A stretch of DNA of 48,567 nt, filler included, from Jimgerdemannia flammicorona (Eukaryota), in assembly GCA_003990765.1 (NCBI GenBank). It is 2 parts of 2 records of this genome, joined end to end, with 100 filler letters (N's around TTAATTAATTAA, not from the genome) between each part and the next. Parts side by side here need not be neighbours in the genome. Positions count along the whole stretch, not along the records: positions 24,336 to 48,567 come from RBNJ01001003.1; 1 more part is not named here. The stretch is one strand, 5' to 3'. Every line of letters begins with the position of its first letter. Positions within the stretch are counted from its first letter, which is position 1. Shown here piece after piece: positions 36,601 through 48,567 of the stretch. The notes beneath the pieces were generated by a model. The model made no database searches, was not told the DNA's origin, and worked only from the letters and a program-made list of their open reading frames with translations. A program made the translations under genes and the position numbers.

Positions 36601-38099
36601 ACTCTTGATAATTAAGTCTTGAGCATGCTCGCTAGGATCTTTTATGAGAAGGCATTGGCCTCACCGGCTTCATCGGTATCCACCAAAGGAATGTTGAGGG
36701 TGTCGCCAAGGCAATCGACGTCACTGTGATACAAAGGCCCTTAGCTCTCTACTCAACTTAGTTTACCTTTGTTGTGCTTTATGGTTGTGATCTTTGCCAT
36801 CGATTACCATCCAAGAAGGGCGCGCTTTAATCGATGCGAGAGCGTGAACACAGTCCGGTTCTGTTAGTTGCGGATGACGCATCCGATCCGTTGGCCGTCT
36901 CTTCTTTTAGAAATCTTCCAACACACAATTTAACAGTAATATACTTTCTGAGACACCGGACAATTCGCGCGGATGACTGCTGTTAATAGAAAAAGCTATA
37001 CGTAGGACAAAGCAACACGACATAGCAAAGCACTCTGCCAACGGGGGCTGGTAACCCGTGAAAATGTTATGACAAGAATACCCGGTTATAGGATTAACTA
37101 TGAACAGCCAGGAAGGGATATGCAAAAGCCAGGGCAAGTAAATACAACAATGTGGAACGGCTATACCAACAATCGCTCGCAATCGATGAGCCAAAGAAAG
37201 TACGATAATGCGAAACGTTACATCAACAGTCGCTGTCAATCGATGCGGTGTCGGGCCCAATATTATATGAATTCTCAGGCTGGGCTTTACGAAAGCCAGG
37301 GCAAGTACGACGGAACCGCTATATCAGGAGAACCATTTGACTCTCACCTGTCATTACATATTGCGCTTGACCAATTTGTCCGCTGACAACTGAACACGTC
37401 CTTCGCGTCCAACACACCAACCATATTGGACGCTCTACTGATTATCGCCCCATTCTGGTTGGGAAGACCGCGGCTCTCGGTTAATAATAGTTTTTCTAGT
37501 TGTGGCCAGCGCAATAAGTTGTGGGATGGGAGTATCCCAAATACATATCGAATGTGATGACAAAATGTGTATATATCACAATTTGTAGGCTTCCCACCCG
37601 GATGCGCGGTATCCCGAAAATTGTCCACGAGTGTGATGATAAAAATGGGAATCACAATCCGTAGGCTTCCGAGCCCCATATAACGTGGTCCAAACCAAAT
37701 ACCCTATATTTCATTTATATACGTTCTTGGTACCACACGACTTCATTTAAAAAGTATATATGATAAGCATAATAGAGCTTAAAAATTGGTCCGGGTGCGG
37801 GATTCACCAAAATGGCGACACTTCAATGGCGGAAATACAACCAAATAGGAAGGATCGCATGTTGCCTGGTCACGCATAGCCTGACGATCGAATCTAATTG
37901 GTAACCTGGCCGGCTGCATGGACGAGTGATAAACTGGATCGCCCTTGTTGATAACTCATCTTTACGGAGATGGTTTGACAACAGTCGTAGGATCTGGAAC
38001 GGATCCAGCTCGTGACCCTTCCTAATTATTGAAACCACGTTCAAATATCTTCCTCTCTTCATTCTCTCGCTCAATCTCTTCATATTCGTTACCAGTACA

Positions 38100-40200
38100 A
38101 TGGATAAACTCTCCGCCGCAAAATCCTTATTCAACAAGCGCTATCAAAGTTACGACCCAGGCTACCTAGAGCTAATACGGAAAGCCAATGACATCAACTA
38201 CCCTCCACCATCTGGGAAGGATCCGGGCCATATGGAACGTCTCGGAGTACCAGAGTTGCGAAACTTTATACCCTACATACCACCAGAGCGGCTACAAGGA
38301 CTCGATTTGATCGGTAAAGGAGGATTCGCGTCTGTTTATAGAGCGACGATCCGGAGCGCAGATAGCAGAGGGTTCGCATTTGCTTCGCCACACTACACAA
38401 AGGTATTATTTGAAGAAGTTAGGGAGAGGAGAGTTGCGATGAAAGAGCTTAGTGTGAACAATGCATGTGAAGTGGGTACTCTTCTTCATATTCATGTCTT
38501 TCTACGCGCAACTCGATTCCAAGTTTGCCGTACGTTTTACCATTATGAAAAATATATTCTGACATTTTTTATTGCTGATAGATTCTATATATGGCGACAG
38601 TGGTTGCCGGTCCTGGCTATTATTCCGTTATGAGCATGATCGGTATCTCCCATTTACCAGGCACGGACAAATACGTCATCGTCATGGAATACGCTGAAGG
38701 CGGAAACCTGTCCGAATTTCGCCTCCTTCACCGTACAAGGAACTGGGGTATGACATTTTATCTAATCGGAAAGCTCGCAGAACGCCTTGAGCTACTGCAC
38801 TCGGCATCCATAGTCCATGGCGATCTCCACCCCGGAAACGTCGTCTTCCGCAATGGCGAGCCCTTTCTCATTGACGTTGGCCTAAGCGTCACGGACAATA
38901 ATACCAGCTTCAATGGCGGGGCTCGCAAGTACCTACCACCCGAGGTGATCCGCGGAGAGTCGCTCACGCCGGCGTCAGACGTTTATTGCTTTGGAACATT
39001 GGCTTGGCAGCTGATTGTGGGAGTCCCGCCGCGCGCGACTGCATCAGAGACCTTACGAGAGGATGGGTTGCGAGAGGAGCCAATACCGGGGTGTCCTGCA
39101 AAGTTTCAACAAATTTTAAAGGAATGCTGGGAACCGGATCCACGGGATCGTCCAACGCCTATTGAGTTAAGGTTTAGGCTATCAAATCTAGCATGGTATT
39201 ATTTATTTCTCACACCATGGGGATGGAATAGGATACCGATTGAGACGAGGGAGTTTATTAAAATGAGGCATGAAAATGCAGGTGACGATGAAGATGGAGA
39301 TAATAGCAGCAACAACTTCAACTACGCAGATGGTGAGTCTCACCCTAAAGGCGATATTGTGTCGCATCGGAGCGGAACTACAACCGTATCTAATGGCGTC
39401 CCGGAAGTTCAAGCTCCACATATCAGCATCGACATGCCAACAACAGGCGGCACTTCTCAGCAAGGTATGCAAATTTATATATCATAAAGTGTATTTATGC
39501 ATGTCTGGAAAAAAGAAAAAAAAACTCTTAGCACTATCTCATTTTATCAGAGACCAGTGGCAGTGTGCCTCGACCTCCAGAACTCTACGCCCGCATAATA
39601 ATCGGGGCGCTGTTTGCTCCCACGTGCATCGCCCTCGCGATTTACTGCATCACGATAATATTCCCCTTCGGTATAATACCCCTTCTTATTGTGCGGAGTC
39701 CGTACAGCGGAAAGGTCAGGGTTTTTATGTCCACTGTTCCGAAAATGTATATGGATCGGGCAACCTTTCTACTCCCGCGAGATCATATCCTCCCTACCAA
39801 CTTGGCGTACGGTGCCGCGATCATTATTATTTTTCTGTTTGTGTGGAAAGTGCTAATCGCCATCATCCTTCCGGTGTTAACCGTCGTCATCATTCCCCTG
39901 TTAACCGCCCCGTTTACGATATTCTCTATTTTTTGCCAACGGGCGGGGTCGGTGCATTTATTTTTTGTGCTCTTTCCAGTGGAGAAAGGGGCTACTGCAC
40001 TTTCGTTTTTATCGGCGATATGTATATATATGTGCATCGTATATATGTGGTTTGAATTTGATCTTTGGGTTCTGTTTGGTATAGTTTTTGAATTTAAGTT
40101 TGGTGTTACTGTCCAGTACTTTTCCGGAATAATCATTTTTAAGATGTTATACAAACTAATGTTATTTTCTAAATGGTTTGTTGTTAAATTCTTAAATTGA
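38100..40200 (+). CDS. TKL-type protein kinase with predicted C-terminal multi-pass membrane region (~634 aa); exons 38100-38471, 38582-39464, 39551-40200
   Basis: IGKGGFASVY, VAMKEL, IVMEYAEGGNL, HGDLHPGN, IDVGLS, YLPPE, SDVYCFG and CWEPDPRDRP. Introns GTGGGT...GATAG (110 bp) and GTATGC...ATCAG (86 bp) both preserve the frame. Exon 3 is strongly hydrophobic; its 3' end is less certain. Confidence 0.85.
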
Positions 40201-40300
40201 CTTTTCGCTTTACTTTCCAGGACTTAGTTGGAATAATCATTTGAAAATTTTACCAATTTATAGATTACCTACGTAGACTCAATAACACTTTTTCGTAAGA

Positions 40301-41272
40301 TTAGTTTGAATGATATTCCATTACAAGCATCAAATTTAATCTTGTGATCCAATTAATTGCTACCGGCTTGACAGGATATCGAATTGCTTTAAAGCCAAAA
40401 ATATTAATCAAATCGGATTTGCCTTGAAGTATCTTTTTGTTCCAATGCATTGTTAGGGTTTGCAACTCATTATCCAGTGACGCGTGGCTTATTCTTACAT
40501 TTCCGACATCAATTATGTCGATGTTATCAAATTCTTTATACGTCATCGTCAATCCTATTATATTCCAAGTTCCCCAAGATTAATAAACCTCCGCACCAGC
40601 AACGACAGAACGCACTATAATCACACTTCTCTCGCTGCAACATGAAACCCGAGATTCCTTCCGTCACATGAATACCTCCGTCAAGAACGCGCTTGGAACT
40701 TATTTGAAAACACCTCTTTGGAGCCTAATTCAACGAACGTCAAATATTCTCTGATGAAATTCTCCCCAGCTATGAGATGAGATGGTAAAGGTGCTTCTTA
40801 ACAATGGCACTGAAAAGGACGCCAAGACCGATGTGTAAGACACTATTATCATTATAGCTGGCTTGGAAATTTCCACACTATGAATTGTAGAACTATTCGG
40901 AAAATATGAGTAACAGCCTATCGATTGGCCATTGGCATGAACGAATATTCTAACCCCACCACAAGGACAATATGCAATGGATGTCATATATTCACATATT
41001 TTCTTAAAAATATCTTCAACCTCTTTAATATATCTATTACAATTTATACAACAGTGTTTACTATTTACAATAAGGACCATATCAATTCAGATGGTGCTCA
41101 ACTGGTTACTTCCACAGTAGCGATCGTTCAAGCATAAATTAAAAGCTGTTGGGAAACTTGTTTTGACACAATCAAAACACCGCTTCTTCAGGGCCTCAAG
41201 AAGTGCCGCTGAGTGTACCAACCTCTGAATATTGAAATTCGCCATATTTATTCGAAGTTCATATTTCTTCAA
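40301..41272 (-). pseudogene. Possible decayed coding region of unknown family (Cys-rich)
   Basis: ORFs 41087-41272 and 40730-41080 are in one frame, separated by a single TGA; another ORF lies at 40301-40552. CCINC and CPC motifs; no recognisable domain. Confidence 0.3.
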
Positions 41273-41449
41273 TTGATTAAATTTGTTATAAGGTAATTTT
41301 TACATTTAATTTTTAATGGCATTTCTGAAGTGTTAAATATGCAACTCAAGTAATGACAGAAATTTCTTTGAGAGGCTTATGTTTAGATAGAGATATATTA
41401 TCAATAGTTACTAGTCAATTAGAACTTTATTAACTTTTATATATTTTAT

Positions 41450-42633
41450 AACTATAAGTCTCTCACATATCTATATTCTATCTGACTATAAGATTCTTAT
41501 CTATTGTGGCATGCGATTTGTATGGATTGTTTGTTGAATTGCACGGCTCAACATGCCACTGGTTATTTATATGCTATTTATCTCTTCTACCAACAATGTC
41601 CTGGCTCAATGTTTACTTTAACTGCTATTTGATTTGTCTGAGTTGTGGTTTGCATGTCTCGAGTCATTGGTCACATGACTGGATGTTCGAATGGTGAAAG
41701 GTTAAAGAATATATGTTGTGGATTCTCTATGTTTCTTGGCAGCACTTTATTGTCTCCTGGCAGATTGGTGATTATTCTGATATCCTTGGCTAAGTTTCTG
41801 GTGAGTTTCCTGATATTTTCTGGGTCTTGTATCTAATTTTTGAGGCAGTGTTAACTGACAATTAACTCATACATATCTTGAAAAGTGTGGTCTTGATCTT
41901 GTATGATTTCTGTAGTCTTATATCCAATTTTTGGGATGGTAGTGGAGTTTCCTGGTGATCATTTCACAGATTCTCTATGTTTTCTAGTGGCATTCTGATA
42001 TTTTTTGAAGTCTTATATCCTAATGATAGTTATTTCTAGTAGCAGTCTTAAATTCTATAGTAAGAGAAATTCTTCAACTCAAACCTCAAGCAGTTATTAC
42101 TCTAGTTATCTTGTTTATTAGAATTATTCCATCTCTTGGAGGCAGTGGGTTTCTCTGTAATCCTTTTTACTTCAAACTCAAACTGACCTATATCTTGAAT
42201 AAAGCATTCTTGACTTATATCTTGATTTCAATAGTCTTGTATCCAATTTTCATAGCAGCAGTGGTAAGAGTAAATTCCTTCAGCTCTTAGGGTCTTTTTC
42301 AAAGTTCTTACACTCAACTTCTCTTGTATTTTAGAACTAATTGATAGAGGTTTATTCACTACAGATCAGGGGGTATTTATACAACTTTAGACTAAGAATA
42401 AAGGCTAGATAATTGGCTATAACTCACAATTACTAGAAGATACTATTTAGTATACTTTCGGAATTCAGGTGACTAACTAATTAGATAAGACTAATTTTAT
42501 GTTTGTGATAAATTTGGCTAGTTAATATATAGTCACTATTTGTATAACTAACTAATTTACTCAATTTGACTAATAGAGTCATTCTTATATATCTTAAAAT
42601 TCTTTAAAAAGTCTGACCAAATTATTTTTTACA
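41450..42633 (-). mobile_element. 3' LTR of Ty3/Gypsy element D (left boundary uncertain, ~41447 or ~41505)
   Basis: On the minus strand ctgtgggaaa|TGTAAA follows the accessory ORF. The family motif ttgtataaataccccc...gtgaataaacctc lies at ~42347-42384; internal gtcttgtatc.aatttt repeats. Confidence 0.6.
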
Positions 42634-42639
42634 TTTCCC

Positions 42640-43564
42640 ACAGTTATGCTGAAGTTAGTAGTAGACTCTGGGAGTGTGAAAAGGAAGTTGTTGACATTAT
42701 CTTCTAATAAAATAAGTGGGTTATTATTATTCACCAAGTTGTCTGAGGGGGTAATATCATTAAAGGATGTAAGATTATTCTGCTCTTGAGACCTCTAGTC
42801 AATGGTGAGATTATTTATAAGATAGAGAACATCTGTGGAATTCTAGAGATAGTAGACTCTCAAGAGAGAGTCTTAAAATAGTATGATCAGACTATGAATG
42901 AATTGGTCTAGATTGTTTACTGAGATGGGGTTCCAAAGGTCTTTAACCTCATCACTCTTGACTGTAATAGTAGATTGGGTCTCTTTTGTAGCCATTTCCT
43001 TAAAGTGGTCTATAAAACTTACCCATATAGAGCTATTTACTCAGGAAGATAGTATTATCCTTATGCAGGGGCCATGCTAATCTTCTCTATATCATTCTAA
43101 TTTTTTTTAAGTATCAGTGGTCCTGAAGGACTTGACTCAAAGTAGTCTATACAGTAACTTATCAATTCTTAGATATCAGAGACTTTGATATATTCTAGAT
43201 TAGAAATGGCACAGAGTATATGTCTAAAGATCTGGTAGACTCTTTTGACCAGTTTCTGTTCATATCTATCTATACCTGTAGTATCTACAATTTCTTAAGA
43301 GCTGGCTTATATAAACTCTTAGCAGAGGTGATGTCTCAGCTCATATTCTTACCATATCCAAAGACACTCAATAGTAGTGGTGATTCTTGTCTCTATTTCT
43401 CAATAGTTGAGAGTATAGTAATAGGGGTCCTTTATATAGAAGTTCAGACTAGGAGTCCTTCTTGTATATAGCCTCATTATCCTCTTGATATTAGTGAATA
43501 TCTGTTCTTGAACTGATAGACCTAGGTGACTCCTTGATCTGGCTATATGGTAGATAATAGGTAT
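42640..43564 (-). pseudogene. Accessory ORF 3' of pol in element D; homologue of 12870-13673
   Basis: (M>I)PIIYHIARSRSHLGLSVQEQIFTNIKRIMRLYTRRTPSLNFYIKDPYYY...IVDTTGIDRYEQKLVKRVYQIFRHILCAISNLEYIKVSDI..., then after a frameshift ETQSTITVKSDEVKDLWNPISVNNLDQFIHSLIILF. Confidence 0.75.
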
Positions 43565-44134
43565 TTTATTTTGTAGTAAGTCTTTTATTTATAGTTAATC
43601 TTCTCTTAATACTTCTTTTATATCTTGAAGGTCTTCTCCTTTAGTCCAGAGAGTAGGATCATCTGACTAGTAGTAGTATACCACCAGAGTTATCATGAGT
43701 CATTATGAGTTCAGATATAGATCATCTTATAATCAGAATGAGTTATTGTTGAGTTATGATTTACAACTAGTAGCTTGCAAAGTCAAGACAGTCTTCTGAA
43801 TTCTGATATCACTGGTTTCAAAGGTGTTATTATATCTGCCTTTTGCAAAATTAGAGCCATTCTTGATAGTAGTAGTTATACAGGAATACCAGATCTTAGT
43901 TTTCTTATTTTCTAAACTATTGGTATATTTGTATAGACTTGCCATCCTTATCTAGGGTGAGGGCTCTCATTGTTATGGCTGGGGGTTCAAATCTCTTAAA
44001 AATGGATTTTCTTATAATCCAAGGTAATTTCTAGTAGTGATATCTGTCATAGAGATAGACTTGAGATTGGTTTTGGTATTATTAGCTTCTATTATTCTTC
44101 AATAAAGATGACTCAGATGGAGTGAACAGAATTA

Positions 44135-47100
44135 TTCAAATGTATTTTGCTTCCACTGAGTAATAAGGTCTTATATGATTGTAGTGTATCTTAGTCTTGA
44201 GTATAACTTCAACCAGAGCCTTGAGTTGATAAGTATGATTTGTGAATTTTTGATAGATGAGATAGAGTTCTTCCTATTTCAGTTTGAGTTTGGTACTCCA
44301 TTTCCTCTCTATGATAGTACAGTATACTAAGACTTATTGACCAATAAGTATTTGAGATCTGCTTTATGGTAATAGTACTTCTTTTATTACTCTTGGGCTT
44401 TAGTAATAAAACCTTGTACTTGTTGGTATACTTTATATAACTGGGTGATCTCTTCAGTGACTCATTTTGCCAAGTCTAACTAGATTGATTCAGTGGAGTC
44501 TTGTACTTCTCAGCCATACATCAAATAGAAAGAGATCTGTTGGGTAGTAGTAGCTTTTGAAGTATAGATGCTGGATAGGATTTCTGAAAGATAAATATCC
44601 TAATTCAATTGATCTCTGATCTTACTGAGGCCTTGCTTGATGGTCTGGTTTATTTGTTTGATAAGTCTATTTTCTTTTAAGTGATAGACTGTTGTTGGAT
44701 GCAGTTTGATCTTAAAGTTGACTGTGAAGATCTTTATGGCTTTATTGATAAATTCCCAGCCTTAGTCTGTAATGATTTTCTTGAGAATACTATAGTGGCT
44801 GAAAATTTTATCATATAAGATCTCAATAATTATCTGAGCATCAGTAGTCTCAATGGCAAAGACTTCAGGCCATTTTATCAGATAATCTTTAATAGTGAGA
44901 ATATAGTATTTTCTCTAGCTAATTACTAATAGAGGGCCAATGATATCTATTCCTAGTCTTTGAAAGGCTCCAGCTAATGCTATAATTAGTATTAGTAGTA
45001 CTTTGTCAGTTGGCTTTTGTCAGTATCTTTGATAGGTATCATATTGTTAAATATCTTTTGAAATTTGTTTTCTCATTTTTGGTCACCAGTATCTCTTCTT
45101 AATTCTTGTAATAGTGGCTCCAATTTCTCAGTGTATATTCTGATCGTAGTTGTTGTAAGTATCTTCTGTTTTTCATTTTCTTGTGGAACTTAAGTATATC
45201 AGTCTCCTTTTATTCTCTAAAGTTTGCTATCATCTTCTTGAAATTTCTTGAATAAATAGCTTGTGAGCTGGCTAAATTCCCTTTTTGAGACTTCTATGAT
45301 ATAGGCTCCAGGTGAGAGTAAGGCACAGTTCTTAATTTATTTGGGTAAGTAGAAAGCAGTCTTCTCTTATAGGGACTCCTTCTCTTCTTATTGAGTTCAT
45401 GGAATTCTTGACAGAGTATCAATATTGAAGTTCTTGATGCCTTTCTAATAGAAAATAGTAAACTGGTATTCTTATAGAGACATAATTCATCTGGTAAATA
45501 TTTCTGAGAACTCTGATTTGTTGAACAACTATTATAAAGCTTAGTGGTCAGTGATAAGGGCAAATCTCTTTCCCAAGAAGTAGTGTCTGAAGTGATCTAC
45601 AGTCTATATTACTGCAAGATATTCTGGCTTAGTGGCTCTATAGTTTGCTTGTATCTTGTTAGTGGCCTTACTAGCATACTCAATAATATGTTCTTTCTTC
45701 TGGTCATCTAGCTGAGATACATAGATTAGATCCAAGTTCAAGGACAGAGATATCAGTTATCTAGATAAATAGCTTATCCAAATCTGGTTACACTAAGATA
45801 GGGACTTCAGTGAGGGTCTTTTTGAGTAGGTCAAATGACTTCTGCTGTTTTTCTTTCTAGTAAAATGGTTGATCTTTCTTAGAGATATTATGTAGTAGAG
45901 CTGCCTTATTAATTTTAAAATAAACTACTGATAGTAAAATGCTAATATGAGAAAGAACAGAACTTTCTTTGCAGAGATAGGAGTTGTATAGCTTTTGACT
46001 TTCTCTACCTTACATGGGTTAATATAGGTTTCATAGGCTAAAACTACATATCCTAAATATTAAACTTAGTGTTTTTCAAAGAAGCACTTCTTGGCATTGA
46101 GTCTGAGTTCTGAATTTCAGATAGTATCAAATACTTCACAGAGGTCTTGTAAGTATTGTTCAAATATTTCTGAGTAGATAATTATATCATCTATGTATAC
46201 TAGTACATTTCTCCCAATGAGGTCTTAATAGATATAGTTCATCATTTACTGAAATGAGGCTGATATATTGCTAAGTCTAAATGGCATTTGGAGATATTCA
46301 TACTTTTCTTGTCTAGTAATAAAGGCTGTTTTGAGATATTATTCTTAACAATAAATATTACTTGAAATCCTTGAAACTGATCAGTAGTGGTCATGTACTT
46401 GGCTTTTCTAAGAGTATTGAGAAGGTCATCAATTCTTGATAGTGGATAGATATCTTCTGTAAAGATCTTGTTAAGATTGCTGATGAAGCCCAGGGGCTTG
46501 ATGAGAGTCTGATAACTCTAATTTTTATTATTTATCTATATATTATTGTCTAACTCAATCAGGTGGTGTGGTATTTGATAGGGGCATTATTGGATTGGTT
46601 TGACATCTGTATATATTGCATATTCTCCAAATTGATATAGTAGAAAGTTATTGTATATATTAGTAAATATATCTTTGTATTTTTCTATCAACTTCTACAT
46701 CTGATGTTACTGATCCTTAGTTAGAGTTGTCTTGATGTCAATAGCTTTGATTGTTGAGTCTTTCTCTCTAGTACTGTCAGTCTCACTATAGAGAACTTGC
46801 TATTTTCCAAAAATTCAAAAACTTCTTCCTCATAGGTATCTATCAGTAGTTCAAAATATCCCAATATTATTTCTTTGAGAATTATTACTACTTTGAAGCC
46901 AAGGTTTTAAATAGGAATATAGATTGGTAATATTTGATTATGGATTCATTCTTTAGCTAAGAGGAGGTAATACTTTTCTTGAAGTTTCATTAATAGCTCA
47001 AATATCAGATTATTGGCATCCATGGGTAAGTATATGTCAAGGCTTCATTATTGATATAATTGAAGGAGGATATCATCTCTTGTTCAGATAGAATGGCAGA

Positions 47101-48420
47101 TATATAGTCTTATTTGGTAAAACTGAACTATTATTGCTAAGTAGACTTCAATAGATAGTAGTTAAGAGGTTTTATTAGTACTTCCAAATTCTCCTTGCCC
47201 TCTCCTAGTATTGTTCAGTTAATTTATCTTTTGAATAATAGGCTGTAATATCTTGATAAACAGAATTTGACAGATAGCTTCCAAGAGATTAAAGGTTTGG
47301 TAGTTTTTACTACTGTTGCAAATAATGATCTTTAGAGGACTATGATAATTCTGATCAGTGATTTCTCCTTCTACTGTAATTCCTTTGACTGTCAGAGATA
47401 ATCTTGATGCTAGTTGTCCATAGTTTCCAGGTAGTACAGTAAGTATAATTGGAAGATCAAAGGTTCTAGTGATCTTAGAATGGAGTATTGCCTGATAAAA
47501 GAGACAGAAATCATATCCTACTGATCCTTTGATTTGCACAAGAGGGGGTTGTGCCCAAGGTAATAGTAGTTTGACTTGGATAATTAGCTAGATCTTGAGA
47601 AATAATATCTCAGGAGTTACTACTATAAGAGAGAATCCATATGATCTGGCTTAAATAATGGCCAATGTACTCCAGTCTTTAGATTCTTTGTGTAGTTGAA
47701 TCTAGTACTTCTAAGTAGATCTAAGACTTCTATAAAGAGGAAGATAAGATTGACTCCTTGTTTGCCTTAGTATAGTTGACAGTATCAATAAATAATAGTA
47801 AGAATTTCTAATGGCAGATCTTAGATAGAGGTCTTATTCTTAGCTTTACAGTCCTCTTTATGATTGATCTCTTTGCATTTTTGACAGATTTAGTAAATTC
47901 AAGATTCCTATATATAAGGTGAGATCCTTTCTCTTAAATTGGCTCTTATAAGTATCTTTACTGAGATAGATACTTTGATACTCATACCAGTAGCAGATAA
48001 AAGTTTTTCCATAATTACAGTATCCTTGCCTGATGAATTCCTCATTCTGCTTAATGATTTCCTTACTTGTTGAGTACCTCTTTCAATATTTTTTATAGGT
48101 AGGTAGAGTGATCTGGAGGGCTTGGGTGATAATGTAGATACTGTTGTTATTGCCTTCAATTGTGAAAGTCTTCAAAGGTTGGTGAGAGAGAATCTTTTAG
48201 TCTTCTTTATAGGGCTTCTTGAAAACTTTAGAAGTAGGTGGTTGTGTTCATATGAGGACTGGGGCTTATTTTAACTTATCTTTGTCTTCATTATAGGTAT
48301 TAGAACCTTCTTGAGATCAAGGATTTGGCAGTTACTACAGTTATCTCTTAGTGAGTGGAAATGATTATAATGTTCACATATATCTAGACAGAAGGCTCAC
48401 ATAATTCATTTTTCCTTCAG
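44135..48420 (-). mobile_element. Decayed pol of Ty3/Gypsy element D: Cys/His region, dUTPase, linker, RT, RNase H, integrase
   Basis: Minus strand YIDD at 46186-46197 and MPFRLSN (degenerate MPFGLxN); RNase H LTEVPILV.PDLDKLFI; integrase DIIGPL, KWPEVFA and ITD*GWEF; dUTPase at 47175-47583. Many stops. Confidence 0.9.
47175..47583 (-). other. dUTPase domain of element D, upstream of RT
   Basis: GSVGYD, YGQLASRLSL, VEGEITDQNY, ICQIL and RRGQGEFGST correspond to decayed motifs I-V. Confidence 0.85.
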
Positions 48421-48440
48421 AGGTAGTGGTGGTTATATAG

Positions 48441-48567
48441 TGTGACATCTACAATTGACCCTATCCAAATTCAGAGTACCCTGTGACCACAAGATCAGAT
48501 GACATTATGGTGCGATAACTGGTGACCAGCCCAATCCGTCAAGTGATTTCACCAAAAGAAGACAAGA
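48441..48567. mobile_element. Possible terminus of a younger LTR inserted into element D
   Basis: TGTGACA start after a TATATAG site and reappearance of CpG dinucleotides; truncated by the window end. Confidence 0.3.

Noticed and set aside
33700..38050. Many short ORFs between the BTB and kinase genes
   Set aside because: No recognisable motifs or consistent exon chain; may be decayed genes but cannot be supported by eye.

Overview
Eukaryotic, probably fungal, genomic DNA. Short GT-AG introns, a TKL-type kinase with HGDLHPGN and a BTB-SPRY gene suggest an early-diverging lineage such as Mucoromycota (inference only). The window is split almost at its midpoint by a 100-nt artificial joiner (44 N + TTAATTAATTAA + 44 N, 24236-24335), so the two halves may not be contiguous. 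CpG-rich islands of host DNA alternate with CpG-depleted, transition-riddled transposon blocks. The transposon blocks hold a decayed L1-like LINE, Copia relics, solo LTRs and four segments of a non-chromoviral Ty3/Gypsy lineage. Two of those segments show a dUTPase immediately upstream of RT, preceded by extra Cys/His motifs. The main finding is an uncharacterised accessory ORF, with no env-like features, between integrase and the 3' LTR; by manual alignment it is homologous in three divergent copies (12870-13673 +, 26911-27423 +, ~42640-43564 -). Host genes are an intact BTB-SPRY gene and a three-exon kinase that appears to be spliced to a C-terminal multi-pass membrane domain. A KDM3/JMJD1-like zinc-finger pseudogene bracketed by direct repeats and a duplicated Thr/Ser-rich repeat locus are also present. 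All calls come from reading and translating by eye; no searches were run.
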